From an uncultured Nitrospirota bacterium (GTDB lineage: Bacteria; Nitrospirota; Nitrospiria; SBBL01; SBBA01): a stretch of 29,691 nucleotides of DNA. The notes beneath the pieces were generated by a model. The model was given only the letters and a program-made list of their open reading frames with translations, had not been told where the DNA came from and did no database searches. The stretch lies in NCBI GenBank assembly GCA_964607665.1, contig CAZSME010000001.1, forward strand, positions 1 through 29,691, given 5' to 3'. Position 1 is the stretch's first letter; each line of letters begins with the position of its first letter. Positions 15,055 through 24,292 of this stretch are shown here, one piece after another. A program made the translations under genes and the position numbers.

Positions 15055-16107
15055 TCAGCCGTTGTTGTCAACCGCGTCCGGCGGCTCAACCTTAAAATGA
15101 GAACGCGGCTTATTCACCTCATCGAAACGGGCGGATGAAATTTTATAAATCGGCGCGGTTGGCGTTGTCACCACATAGACCTGTTCCGGCTCGCTTACCA
15201 CTTTGTAAAAAGCCCCTTCGAAGGCGGTCGAACCAATCGAAATACTGACTCGAAAAAACGGGTTGCCTAACTCGGCGATTTTTGCCTCTTTGTTCTCATC
15301 AATAAACAGATCCCCACGTAACGACGATAAATCGCCTAAAAAACCAAACACCTTTGACCCGTCCGCCTTTTCATCCCCCTCCGGCCCCTTGATCAACCAG
15401 TCCGCCTTTGCCCCTTCCTCCCCTTCTCTCACAATCTCAACAACCTGATTCCCCTCATCAACAATCATCCCCATTTGGGAAACGGTATGGCCCTGGGAGT
15501 CCAGTTGGTTCGTGCCATGATCCAACGTTTCGAGCCGAATCGATTTCACATCCGAAGAGAAGAATCGAAACAGCTCCTGTCTCCGCCAATCGGCAAGACG
15601 CTTCCGAAAAAACGGCTCGATCTCGCCATCCACCAGATAAACCGTATTCCCGAACCGAACATAAAGGCCGCTTCCCGTCAGACTTTTGCTCCCGACGGAA
15701 AGCAGTTCGCTATTGGCCCCGTTGAGGATCACCCGAACAGACGATTGGGGCGGCTCCAATCCAAACACCGTATAGTCGGAAGGGTTTTTCTCGACCTCAC
15801 GTGTCGATTTTAGATTCGCAATCTGAAACGCAAAGTCGGAGACAATCCCCTCGTCCGCCACGGTCTCAACAGGCCGCGTGATACGCCACGGGGTATCGGG
15901 ATGGCCAGGGACCGACTGTAACACAATATCGCTCCCCCCTTGGGTAACGGTTATTTCGGCAATGTCGGAGTCCGAAAAAGAGAAGAGGCGTTGGGCGGCT
16001 TCCGCCTCCGTTTTTTTCTTCTCGGTTCCGCGAATCTCGATAAAATAAAGATAGAGACCCATGACCGCTAAAACAGCGGCCATGATCATCGTAGATTTGA
16101 ACCTCAT
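15055..16107 (-). CDS. DUF4340 domain membrane-anchored protein
   Basis: N-terminal TM anchor followed by WRITRPVETVAD, YTVFGLEPP, L.VGSKS..G.GLYV, L.DWR; the usual fourth gene of GldA/F/G-like loci. Confidence 0.85.
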   Translation of the reverse strand: MRFKSTMIMAAVLAVMGLYLYFIEIRGTEKKKTEAEAAQRLFSFSDSDIAEITVTQGGSDIVLQSVPGHPDTPWRITRPVETVADEGIVSDFAFQIANLKSTREVEKNPSDYTVFGLEPPQSSVRVILNGANSELLSVGSKSLTGSGLYVRFGNTVYLVDGEIEPFFRKRLADWRRQELFRFFSSDVKSIRLETLDHGTNQLDSQGHTVSQMGMIVDEGNQVVEIVREGEEGAKADWLIKGPEGDEKADGSKVFGFLGDLSSLRGDLFIDENKEAKIAELGNPFFRVSISIGSTAFEGAFYKVVSEPEQVYVVTTPTAPIYKISSARFDEVNKPRSHFKVEPPDAVDNNG

Positions 16108-17663
16108 AATCGACGCCTTTTTCGAGAAATGAAAAGGCCAAAGAGGAGCGTGCCGATCGGGAGAATTAAAACGGACGAGTAGAAAAACATCTTCTGCTGT
16201 TCCTTTTTAAGAATCAGGGTTCCCGCAGGGCCTTCCTTGGGACGAATCGAGATCAGGTCCCCTTCATCCGCCAGCCAACTGATGATATTTTGGAACAGAT
16301 CGCCATTTCCGGCGGAACGAACCAGTCCATTGGTCGCAAAATCGGAATCGCCGATCACGACAATCCGCATTTTTTCAGCCGCCCCCCCTCCCTTATCCTG
16401 CCCGTCCTGCTCCTTCCCCTCCACCGGCTTTCTAACAGAAAAGGCGCCCCCCAATATAATCGGCCCTTTTTGATCCAGCGCGGGATCAATCGAAATTTCG
16501 TCCGCGATCCTCTTTGTGGCCCAACTGTTTGGGCCGGTCTGTAAAAAGGAGTCAAAACGGATGCGTTCGGCGTTTTCTGCCGGATTAAAGGCAACCGACC
16601 GGGCCATCGAGTAAAATGTGGCCAAATCAAAATTTTCGGTTACAGGATGCACGAGATAACTCTTGGGGGGGATAATCGGAACCGCAGGGCCTAACCCCGA
16701 TGAGGGGTCTAAAATCAGATCGTTCTCCAACTGAATCCCCCATTGGGCAAAAAACGGTTCCAGGCCGCTTTTTGACATCGGGTCTAACAGAACGAAAAGC
16801 TGTCCCCCACGCGAGAGGTAGTCCGCGATGAGGGCCTGCTCTTCCGGCGCGTAGGCGTTTTCGGGCCCGCCAATAATCACCACCGCGGCATCGTTCGGAA
16901 TCGTTTTAGCGGAAAGGAGAATCAGTTTTTGAACACCAAATCCCTGCTTCTCCAGCGCGGCCTTCACCTCCGAATAGCCGCCTCGTTCGGCATTATCAAT
17001 CGAATGTTCCCCGTGCCCCTCTATAAAATAAAACTGTTTTTTGGATTTCCGGCTGATCCGGATAATCGCGGAGGTTAGCTCCTGTTCCGTCAGGTTCGTT
17101 ACCGTGGCCGACTGTCCACCCGATTCCAACACCACCGAGTCGTACTGGGTGACGCCATACTGTTTTGCCACCGCCGGTTTTTTATCCGGGTCGATGATCT
17201 CGTATTTCACTTTGGCGGTTTGATGCCGGTAGTTCTCGAACATGTCCTTCGCTGGACGAGCCTTCGGGCTATCCCCCGCGAAAAATCCAGAAATCTTGAT
17301 CTCCTGGTTGATCTCTTTGAGGACGGTAATCGTCTGTGGTGATAGGGTAAAGGCCCCGCTCTCGGAAAGGTCAACACGCACGGAATGCTGCGCAGCGATA
17401 AAGTTTATAATGGATAAAATGGCGACAAAGATGACAACCATTAATACGGAATTCGCGCCAAACTGTGTGGATCGTTGATGAGAAAAGGCCTTTAACGCCT
17501 CAAAGTGGGCGATAAAAAAGGCAATGAGATGAACCGCGGCAAGGCCCATCAGTGTGGTGTAAATCCAAACCGCATCGGGCCAGATCGAATAAACCACACC
17601 CCCCGCGACCCCTAAAAGGGCGCCGATAATTCCAATAATAATAGCCGTTGTTCGGTTGATCAT
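16104..17663 (-). CDS. GldG-family ABC-type auxiliary component
   Basis: Two or three N-terminal TMs, RVDLSE...FTLS.QT..VL, YEIIDPDKKP..AKQYGV, YFIEGHGE, VVIGDSDF.TN, N.DLF.N.ISWL, and a C-terminal TM. Confidence 0.9.
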   Translation of the reverse strand: MINRTTAIIIGIIGALLGVAGGVVYSIWPDAVWIYTTLMGLAAVHLIAFFIAHFEALKAFSHQRSTQFGANSVLMVVIFVAILSIINFIAAQHSVRVDLSESGAFTLSPQTITVLKEINQEIKISGFFAGDSPKARPAKDMFENYRHQTAKVKYEIIDPDKKPAVAKQYGVTQYDSVVLESGGQSATVTNLTEQELTSAIIRISRKSKKQFYFIEGHGEHSIDNAERGGYSEVKAALEKQGFGVQKLILLSAKTIPNDAAVVIIGGPENAYAPEEQALIADYLSRGGQLFVLLDPMSKSGLEPFFAQWGIQLENDLILDPSSGLGPAVPIIPPKSYLVHPVTENFDLATFYSMARSVAFNPAENAERIRFDSFLQTGPNSWATKRIADEISIDPALDQKGPIILGGAFSVRKPVEGKEQDGQDKGGGAAEKMRIVVIGDSDFATNGLVRSAGNGDLFQNIISWLADEGDLISIRPKEGPAGTLILKKEQQKMFFYSSVLILPIGTLLFGLFISRKRRRL

Positions 17664-17691
17664 GATCTACTCGGCAAATTGGCAGGGGCCC

Positions 17692-18465
17692 CTAACCCCT
17701 CCATCGTGTGGACTCCACCACGCGGTGCGATAAAAAAAGTCCTAAAATAATCAGGGACAGGAAATAGACGACATCCTGACTATCGATCAGCCCTTTGAGC
17801 ATATTATCCAGATGGCTCACAAGGGAGAGGTGGTTTAAGACCGCTCCCAAGGGGGTACCTCCCTCGTCCTGAAGGCCCGCGCCGACTAACCAGAGGCCGA
17901 TTAAAATGCCGAACGATACGACGGCCGCAATGATCTGATTTTCCGTTAATGTCGAGGCAAACAGGCCGAATGCGACAAAGGCCCCGCCCATGAGGGCCAT
18001 CCCCAGATAGGCGGAAAGCAGTGGTTTAATCGGAACCGGGGTGAGGGCGGAAAGGATCAGTGGGACATGAAGCGTCAACGCCAGCAGAATAAGGTAGATC
18101 GAAAACGCGGCCAGAAACTTTGCCAAGATCATCTCGGTAATGGTCAGCGGAGAGGTCAGAAGCAGCTCGGCCGTTCGTCCTTTTTTCTCCTCCGAGAAAA
18201 GACGCATTGTGAGAAGGGGCACGATGAAAAGCAAAATAACACCCATCGTGTGAAACGTAGGACGAAAGACAACCTGATGGAGATTCAGTTGCGAAAGATT
18301 TTGCTGGAACCGCATCATCTGCATTGAAAGGCCCGAAAGGAAAACAGTTTGGCCATAAAAAAGATAGTCGGCAATCATAAGAAAGACCATCCCCACCACA
18401 TACGCAATCGGCGAGATAAAATAAAGCCGCATCTCTTTTTCAACAAGGGAGAGGATATTTTTCAC
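17692..18465 (-). CDS. ABC-2 type permease (GldF-like)
   Basis: KEMRLYFISPIAYVV, PLLTMRLFSEEKK.RT.ELLLTSP, AKFLAA, LTENQIIAAV, KGLIDSQDVVYF; GTG start. Confidence 0.93.
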   Translation of the reverse strand: MKNILSLVEKEMRLYFISPIAYVVGMVFLMIADYLFYGQTVFLSGLSMQMMRFQQNLSQLNLHQVVFRPTFHTMGVILLFIVPLLTMRLFSEEKKGRTAELLLTSPLTITEMILAKFLAAFSIYLILLALTLHVPLILSALTPVPIKPLLSAYLGMALMGGAFVAFGLFASTLTENQIIAAVVSFGILIGLWLVGAGLQDEGGTPLGAVLNHLSLVSHLDNMLKGLIDSQDVVYFLSLIILGLFLSHRVVESTRWRG

Positions 18466-19427
18466 GCAGCAACCTCCGTTGGCGCGACCTCTTCCTGCGG
18501 CTTCTCTTCCGTTGTTAATTGAAGAAAGACCTCTTCCAGGCTCACGCGGAGTGACGTTAACTCCAAAAGACCCCAGCCGTTTTCAACAATAATTCGGGCG
18601 AGGTCTTCGCGAATATCGCTTCCTAACGCGGTTTCGATCACAAACGTGCCGTTGTGATGCGGTTGCGGAATCAGTTGTTGTACCGCGGGCAAGGCCAAAA
18701 TCTTTTTCGGGTCGAACCGATCGATCTCCCGAACAGTAAACGAGACTTTTTCCGATTGATGAAGCTGCGCGGAAAGTTTTTCGGGCGAATCAACCGCCAC
18801 CACCTGGCCTTTATTGATAATCACCACTTTCTGACAAACCGCCGTGGCCTCGGGCAGGATATGGGTGGAGAGGATAATCGTATGTTCTCCCTGGAGGGTT
18901 TTGATCAACTCCCGAATTTCAATAATCTGCTTGGGGTCGAGCCCCACGGTTGGCTCGTCCAGAATCAGCACATCCGGATTATGGATCAGGGCCTGGGCCA
19001 ATCCGACACGCTGACGATAACCGCGCGAGAGATTGGCAATCAGCCGTTTTGCAACATCGGCAAGATGACACTTCTCAATCGCCGTGTTGAGGCCCGCGGT
19101 CAATTTTTCTCCGGAGAGGCCTTTTATCTTTCCGACAAACTTCAGATATTCCGTTACGGTGAGATCGAGATAGAGCGGCGGATGTTCCGGCAGGTAACCG
19201 ATCCGGCGTTTTACCTCCATCGGGTTTTCGAAGATATCAAATCCGGCAAGCGTTGCGGTGCCAGTCGTCGCGGGCATAAAACCGGTGAGGATCCGCATCG
19301 TGGTGGTCTTTCCGGCGCCATTGGGGCCGAGAAAGGCCAGAATCTCTCCGCGACCGATCGTAAAGCTGACGTTTTGAATCGCCACACGATCGCCATACCG
19401 CTTTCCTAAATCCTTCACTTCAATCAT
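18462..19427 (-). CDS. ABC transporter ATP-binding protein (GldA-like)
   Basis: Walker A GPNGAGKTT, signature LSRGYRQR, Walker B LILDEPT, H-loop LSTH. Confidence 0.96.
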   Translation of the reverse strand: MIEVKDLGKRYGDRVAIQNVSFTIGRGEILAFLGPNGAGKTTTMRILTGFMPATTGTATLAGFDIFENPMEVKRRIGYLPEHPPLYLDLTVTEYLKFVGKIKGLSGEKLTAGLNTAIEKCHLADVAKRLIANLSRGYRQRVGLAQALIHNPDVLILDEPTVGLDPKQIIEIRELIKTLQGEHTIILSTHILPEATAVCQKVVIINKGQVVAVDSPEKLSAQLHQSEKVSFTVREIDRFDPKKILALPAVQQLIPQPHHNGTFVIETALGSDIREDLARIIVENGWGLLELTSLRVSLEEVFLQLTTEEKPQEEVAPTEVAA

Positions 19428-19450
19428 GACCCGTCCCGTTTAAAATTCCT

Positions 19451-19475
19451 GTAGGGGTGCACGGCCTGCGCCACC
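19451..19475. repeat. GTAGGGG-led REP-like element
   Basis: GTAGGGGTGCACGGCCTGCGCCACC in the leader of the ABC operon. Confidence 0.45.
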
Positions 19476-19488
19476 GATAAAGAGATGC

Positions 19489-19518
19489 AATCTACAACAA
19501 TCACGGGATAGGTGTCAA
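19489..19518 (-). promoter_or_regulatory. Sigma70-type promoter of the ABC (gld-like) operon
   Basis: Minus strand TTGACA (19513-19518), 18 bp spacer, TAGATT (19489-19494). Confidence 0.6.
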
Positions 19519-19542
19519 ACCGCAGGAAAACCGACCATCCGG

Positions 19543-21624
19543 TTAAAGAGGCCGGACGGTCTCGGCTTGACGCAGTTCCTCCAGCAGGCGTTCAACATGG
19601 CCCACCTCCTCTTCTGTCAAAGAGAGACCGCCGAAACGAACTTTATAATACAGGGTGGTCAGTGTCCGTACCGCAGAGGCGATGACTCCGGGAGAGAGCC
19701 CATTGCAAAACTCCAAGGCGGTCTGGGTCGTCGGCTTCCGATAGCGGCGGGACGCCAGAAGGGAAAGCATCTGTTGATAGAACAAAACCGCACTTTTGGA
19801 GAACATCCGGCGTTGTCGCCATCTCCGTAAACGGAGCACCAGACCTTTCACAAGCAATAGCATCGCTGCCAGGATCAAAATCCCCACAACAATCCATCCC
19901 GGACGGAATCGATTGTTCCCGATCCAGTCAGAGAAATACCCTATAAACGTATGCCAGCGATCATAGAAGTTGATCTGAAATCGTATTCCTTGCTCCTTTG
20001 CCCCCTTTATGACCTCGACCTGATCGGCAAAATCATACGAGATGATATAACGGTTCCATTGCCATCGCAGAACGTCCAATGTCTGTGACAGCAGGATCAT
20101 CGTCGCTGAAATTGTTTTCGGGGGAGACGCCGGAGTCGGATCAAAACGTACCCAGCCCGATTGGGGAAACCAGACCTCCACCCAGGCATGGGCATCACTG
20201 TTTCGAACGGTATAATAATGTCCATACGGGTTCCACTCCCCCGCGAGAAAACCGGTGACTAACCGCGCCGGAACCCCTACGGCACGCAACATCAGAACCA
20301 TCGCGGTCGCGTATTGCTCGCAATACCCTTTTTTTTGCGTAAAAAGAAAATGATCAATGGGCCATTCTCTTCCAGCGGCCTCAACATCCAATGAATACCG
20401 GTAATTGTCTTTGAGAAATTGTTCTACCTTTCGAACTTTTTCATAAGGAATAGGGATCGACCCGGTAATGCTCTGGGCAAGCGCCACAACGCGATTGCTG
20501 CCATTGGGGAGTTGAAGATAAGCCGCCCTGATTGCGGACGGCATACGAAACGATGTTGGCTGCAGATTGTCAAATGCAACGGGCAATGGCTGTGAGACCG
20601 CCGTATAAATGAGCCGTTTTTTGGGAGGAGAGTGCATTCGAAGCGATTGGGAAAGACGGTCTTGAATCACCGCGACACCGGATACGTTGACCGGTTGCGA
20701 TGCGGCAAAAAGGGTCGTGGTATCGATCGGCTCCAGCATGATTTTCTGCAGGATCGTGGGTCGGTTTAAATCCGTTGGTTCCAGTACCAGCTCCCCTTGC
20801 GGATTTCTCGGAGGATGTGTCCAAACCCCATAACGACTCTTCCATGCCCGGCCATCATATTCATCAAACGCCTTGCCTCTCCAGTAAATCGGTTCGGGCC
20901 AGGAGTTGGGCATCTCAACCCGCATGACAACCGTGCGATCCAACAGGATGGGACCGATCTCCCCCAGGTCCACCTTATCGGAAAAACCCGACACCCGAAT
21001 CCCTTTTGATTGTTGTCGCGCAAAAAATCCGGTCCCAACTCTCGGAAGGATAAAAAAGAGGATCAGGGTGCTCCCCAGCGCAAAAAGGGCAAGGGCCGTT
21101 GTATTGACAAAAAAAGAGGCGGTGATCGGTTCCGATGACCCGTTTTGGCCCTGCCCTTCAAATACTAAATAATGGGTTAAAAGCGCCCATACAGCCGCAA
21201 TAAGGAATAAGACAAATACGCCCCCGAAGGCCATTTCCATCGTCAAGGCGGATGCGACTAACAGTTGAAGAAGGCTGATCAAATAGAGATGGATATAATC
21301 CTCTGCGACGGAAAGATTGCAAGCCTTGGTTGCCATTAACAGAAGAATAAAATGAGATCCCGCAACGATTAACGAGGGAGAGATCACAAGGAAATCAAGG
21401 ACAAAGTAACAGAGCAGGAGAATATAGATACGGTTCCAGACCTTTTTAGAAAGTATAGAAGGGGCCGTATCTCTCGTCTGCAAAAAAGGAAGGGACCCCA
21501 ACAGAATACCCCCAAAGCCGATCACGACCCAGGGAAGCGTTACCTCTTCTGTGAGGGACAGGGAAAATACCCCCGCAAAGGCGAGAAGACGTGTCGCAAT
21601 CGCATGTGCCAATCTAATGGTCAT
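19543..21624 (-). CDS. tgpA: TgpA-like transglutaminase-domain membrane protein (DUF3488 + transglutaminase + DUF4129)
   Basis: N-terminal multi-TM region, SGFSDKVDLG.IG, YWRG.AFD.YDG..W, triad motifs GYCEQYA / DAHAWVEV / WVRFDPTP, RWQWNRYII.YD. Confidence 0.92.
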   Translation of the reverse strand: MTIRLAHAIATRLLAFAGVFSLSLTEEVTLPWVVIGFGGILLGSLPFLQTRDTAPSILSKKVWNRIYILLLCYFVLDFLVISPSLIVAGSHFILLLMATKACNLSVAEDYIHLYLISLLQLLVASALTMEMAFGGVFVLFLIAAVWALLTHYLVFEGQGQNGSSEPITASFFVNTTALALFALGSTLILFFILPRVGTGFFARQQSKGIRVSGFSDKVDLGEIGPILLDRTVVMRVEMPNSWPEPIYWRGKAFDEYDGRAWKSRYGVWTHPPRNPQGELVLEPTDLNRPTILQKIMLEPIDTTTLFAASQPVNVSGVAVIQDRLSQSLRMHSPPKKRLIYTAVSQPLPVAFDNLQPTSFRMPSAIRAAYLQLPNGSNRVVALAQSITGSIPIPYEKVRKVEQFLKDNYRYSLDVEAAGREWPIDHFLFTQKKGYCEQYATAMVLMLRAVGVPARLVTGFLAGEWNPYGHYYTVRNSDAHAWVEVWFPQSGWVRFDPTPASPPKTISATMILLSQTLDVLRWQWNRYIISYDFADQVEVIKGAKEQGIRFQINFYDRWHTFIGYFSDWIGNNRFRPGWIVVGILILAAMLLLVKGLVLRLRRWRQRRMFSKSAVLFYQQMLSLLASRRYRKPTTQTALEFCNGLSPGVIASAVRTLTTLYYKVRFGGLSLTEEEVGHVERLLEELRQAETVRPL

Positions 21625-22756
21625 GCTCTCCTTCTTTCATAACAGCAGATGCGAACAGCGGGGCAAGCTCCGGGTCATTGATCTGAAAGATTTTGGAAAA
21701 GCCGCTTTTCATCGTGTCCCAAAAGGGGTCGGCCACGGGAAGAACCAATACCTTTGGATACGGTGGAAGCCGTGACAAGGAAACGGTATGGGGCAGACCG
21801 TCTGGCGCAATCAACGCTAATACCTGAAGCATGTTAGCAAGATGTACCGGCCCTTTCCCAATAGGAATCTCCTCCGTTCCTGCTTTAAGGCCGACATAAA
21901 AACCAGACGTCAGAAACAAAGAAACGAGGGAGGCGGCGAGGGTCACCGCTCTTTCGAACGATTCCAAATCGGCTTCGGATCGCGGGCAGGGCAGGTGATT
22001 GGCAAGGTAAACGACGATCTGCTGTTCCTCCTCGTGCTCGTATTCCTTCAAAAGCGTTCTTGTCTGACGCGCCGTTGCCTTCCAGTGAATCGCCCGTGCA
22101 TCTTCCCCCTCTTGATAATTTCGAAGGCTTTTAATTGTGCCCGGTTCATTGCTTCTGAGAAACGACCGGTTACGCGCCTGTCCCAAAGTAGGAACCCCCC
22201 TTATTATATCGGGGGACAGGGTGAGCGGCTTTGGATAGACGATGAGCTCCTCGGCATGATCCCGGATGACACTCTTCCGAAAAAAACCAAATGGAAAGGT
22301 GGTCTCAATCCGGATTTTATGAAAGGAATAACGGCCGCGTCTGGGAAGGGATATGGGGCTTGCAAGGAGACGCTGCTCTCCGGCAGCAAGACGATAGAGT
22401 ATCGGTGTCTTGACCTCGGGGTAATCGAACTCGCGAATCTGAACGCAAAACGATGCAAGGCGTCGTCTTGGATTTCTCACCCGAAATTGAATATGCGCGG
22501 ATGTCCCGGCAAAGGGGCCTGTTGGGAGAACCCGTTTTACCCGGAGAAGACGCAGCGACTGTTCGGAAAGAATACCGGAGAGAAGGATCAGGCTTAGCAG
22601 CATCGCGACAATGAGATAGAACAGGTTGTGGCCGGTGTTGATTGCAACAACACCGATCGCAATGGTCATAGCAACTATTTGTTTTCCGAGTCGGGTAAAC
22701 TGAAGAGACCGGCGAGAAGAGATGCGGCATAATTTTTTTTTAAGATCAAAACGCAC
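21614..22756 (-). CDS. DUF58 domain protein
   Basis: AINTGHNLFYLI, PRRGRY, TTFPFGFF, IVYPK, LRNYQEGEDARAIHWKATAR, FERAVTLAASL. GTG 22756 with SD GAGGGG is preferred over the ORF-track start at 22858. Confidence 0.88.
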   Translation of the reverse strand: MRFDLKKKLCRISSRRSLQFTRLGKQIVAMTIAIGVVAINTGHNLFYLIVAMLLSLILLSGILSEQSLRLLRVKRVLPTGPFAGTSAHIQFRVRNPRRRLASFCVQIREFDYPEVKTPILYRLAAGEQRLLASPISLPRRGRYSFHKIRIETTFPFGFFRKSVIRDHAEELIVYPKPLTLSPDIIRGVPTLGQARNRSFLRSNEPGTIKSLRNYQEGEDARAIHWKATARQTRTLLKEYEHEEEQQIVVYLANHLPCPRSEADLESFERAVTLAASLVSLFLTSGFYVGLKAGTEEIPIGKGPVHLANMLQVLALIAPDGLPHTVSLSRLPPYPKVLVLPVADPFWDTMKSGFSKIFQINDPELAPLFASAVMKEGEHDH

Positions 22757-22770
22757 GGTTCCCCTCGAAT

Positions 22771-22796
22771 GTAGGGGCAGACCCCTGTGTCTGCCC
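22771..22796. repeat. GTAG-type REP element
   Basis: GTAG followed by the hairpin GGGCAGAC-CCCTGT-GTCTGCCC (8-bp stem). Confidence 0.8.
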
Positions 22797-22832
22797 GAAA
22801 GCGGTTTCTTGCCTGCCCTAAAGTTCGTGCGC

Positions 22833-23771
22833 CTATAAAGGGACGGGAACCTGATCAATCAGTTCTTGAATGACCTGCTCCGAACCCTCATTCCTTAAAT
22901 GAAATGCGTTGGAGGAGGGATGCAGGACAACCCGATGCCCAAAGGCCAAGGGCGCAAGCCGCTTAAAATCGTCCGGCACGCAATAGGTTCGCCCTTCGAT
23001 AAAGGCATACGCCTTGGCCGCTTTGTAGAGGGCCAGGGTTCCGCGTGGGCTAATGGCCAGGCGAAACAGGCCGGAAGTACGGGTGGCCTCCGTCATTGCC
23101 AACAGATAATCCAGGAGACTCTCGTCAACGCGGACCGCGTCAACTTGTTGTTGTAAAGCGAGGATATCCTCTCCGGTCAGTACCGGTTTCAAGCCTTCCG
23201 CAAAACGTCCACTCGTTTTTAAAATCGCTTTTTCGTCCGCTGGTTTGGGATAACCGATTCGAATGCGGAGCAGAAAGCGATCCAGTTGGGATTCGGGCAG
23301 GGGGTAGGTCCCATGGTGTTCCACCGGATTCTGTGTCGCAATAACCATAAAGGGCGTCGGCAACGGGTAAGTGTTATTGTCGATGGTCGCCTGTGTTTCG
23401 TTCATCACTTCAAGCAGGCTGGACTGGGTTTTCGGAGTCGTCCGGTTGATCTCATCGGCCAGGATAATCTGGGAAAAGATCGGGCCGGGTTTAAACTCAA
23501 ACGATTGGGTATGCTGATTGTAGATGGTGGTTCCCAAAACGTCCGAGGGGAGGAGATCACTGGTAAACTGGATACGACGAAATGTCAACGCGAGAGATTG
23601 GGCCAGTGCATGGGCCAGCGTGGTTTTCCCCACGCCAGGCACGTCTTCAATAAGCAGGTGGCCACGGGCTAGAAGCGCCACAAGGGTCTGACGCACGACA
23701 TCGGGCTTCCCTTTAATAACCTGCTCGATATTGGCGATAAGGGCACCCATCTTTTTGTCGGTTGGGATCAT
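22833..23771 (-). CDS. moxR: MoxR family AAA+ ATPase
   Basis: GHLLIEDVPGVGKTTLA, RIQFTSDLLPSD, GPIF..IILADEINRTTPKTQSSLLEVM, ATQNPVE..GTYPLPESQLDRF, SPRG; start MIPTDKK at 23771. Confidence 0.96.
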   Translation of the reverse strand: MIPTDKKMGALIANIEQVIKGKPDVVRQTLVALLARGHLLIEDVPGVGKTTLAHALAQSLALTFRRIQFTSDLLPSDVLGTTIYNQHTQSFEFKPGPIFSQIILADEINRTTPKTQSSLLEVMNETQATIDNNTYPLPTPFMVIATQNPVEHHGTYPLPESQLDRFLLRIRIGYPKPADEKAILKTSGRFAEGLKPVLTGEDILALQQQVDAVRVDESLLDYLLAMTEATRTSGLFRLAISPRGTLALYKAAKAYAFIEGRTYCVPDDFKRLAPLAFGHRVVLHPSSNAFHLRNEGSEQVIQELIDQVPVPL

Positions 23772-23777
23772 GGCAAA

Positions 23778-23806
23778 AGTGTAACAAAGGGGTATCGGAG
23801 CGTCAA
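23778..23806 (-). promoter_or_regulatory. Sigma70 promoter of the moxR operon (probably leaderless)
   Basis: Minus strand TTGACG (23801-23806), N17, TACACT (23778-23783) with extended TGn; only 6 nt separate the -10 from the ATG. Confidence 0.7.
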
Positions 23807-23842
23807 ATATGAGAAATCGCCAGAACATAACATCATGTTTTC

Positions 23843-23871
23843 TTGACAACATTTTCCACCAACTTTATACT
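23843..23871 (+). promoter_or_regulatory. Near-consensus sigma70 promoter facing mazEF-rel
   Basis: TTGACA (23843-23848), N17, TATACT (23866-23871). Confidence 0.75.
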
Positions 23872-23995
23872 CTGTTTGTTTGGATAATAAGAATGATTCG
23901 GAGAAAAATAATGAACGCCTTCACTGGACCTCCGCTTCGGAAGTTGAAATCCTTCCCAAAACAGGGAAGCTCGCCATTAGGCAGGCCCTACCTTC

Positions 23996-24033
23996 TTGAC
24001 AAAAAGCATAGGATGTGATTACTATGTAATCAC
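23996..24033 (+). promoter_or_regulatory. mazEF promoter with overlapping palindromic operator
   Basis: TTGACA (23996-24001), N18, TACTAT (24020-24025); perfect inverted repeat GTGATTAC-TAT-GTAATCAC (24015-24033). Confidence 0.75.
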
Positions 24034-24043
24034 GGAGGGAGAG

Positions 24044-24292
24044 ATGAAGACCAAGCTGGTACGCATTGGAAACTCGCGCGGCATCCGTCTACCGAAACCG
24101 ATCATTGAGGAAGCAGGAATAAGCAATGCGGTTGAGGTACGGGTTCGGTCAGGGGCAATTATCATTGCAAAGGTCTCGGGACCGCGAGCGGGCTGGGCAG
24201 AGGCGGCGAAGCATTTGCGTGAACAGGGCGAAGACCGCTTGTTGGATCCACCCGCATCAACACATTTTGATCGAGAAGAGTGGACAGGGTAG
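24044..24292 (+). CDS. mazE: AbrB/MazE/SpoVT family antitoxin
   Basis: MKTKLVRIGNSRGIRLPK.IIEEAGI...VEV.V..G.III....PR.GW; SD GGAGG upstream. Confidence 0.92.
   Translation: MKTKLVRIGNSRGIRLPKPIIEEAGISNAVEVRVRSGAIIIAKVSGPRAGWAEAAKHLREQGEDRLLDPPASTHFDREEWTG

Noticed and set aside
23893-24018. Short ORF MIRRKIMNAF...RKLKSFPKQGS, faintly like a ParE/RelE fragment
   Set aside because: Only 41 aa, similarity too weak to support by eye, and it overlaps the mazEF promoter. A translated search against ParE/RelE profiles would decide.
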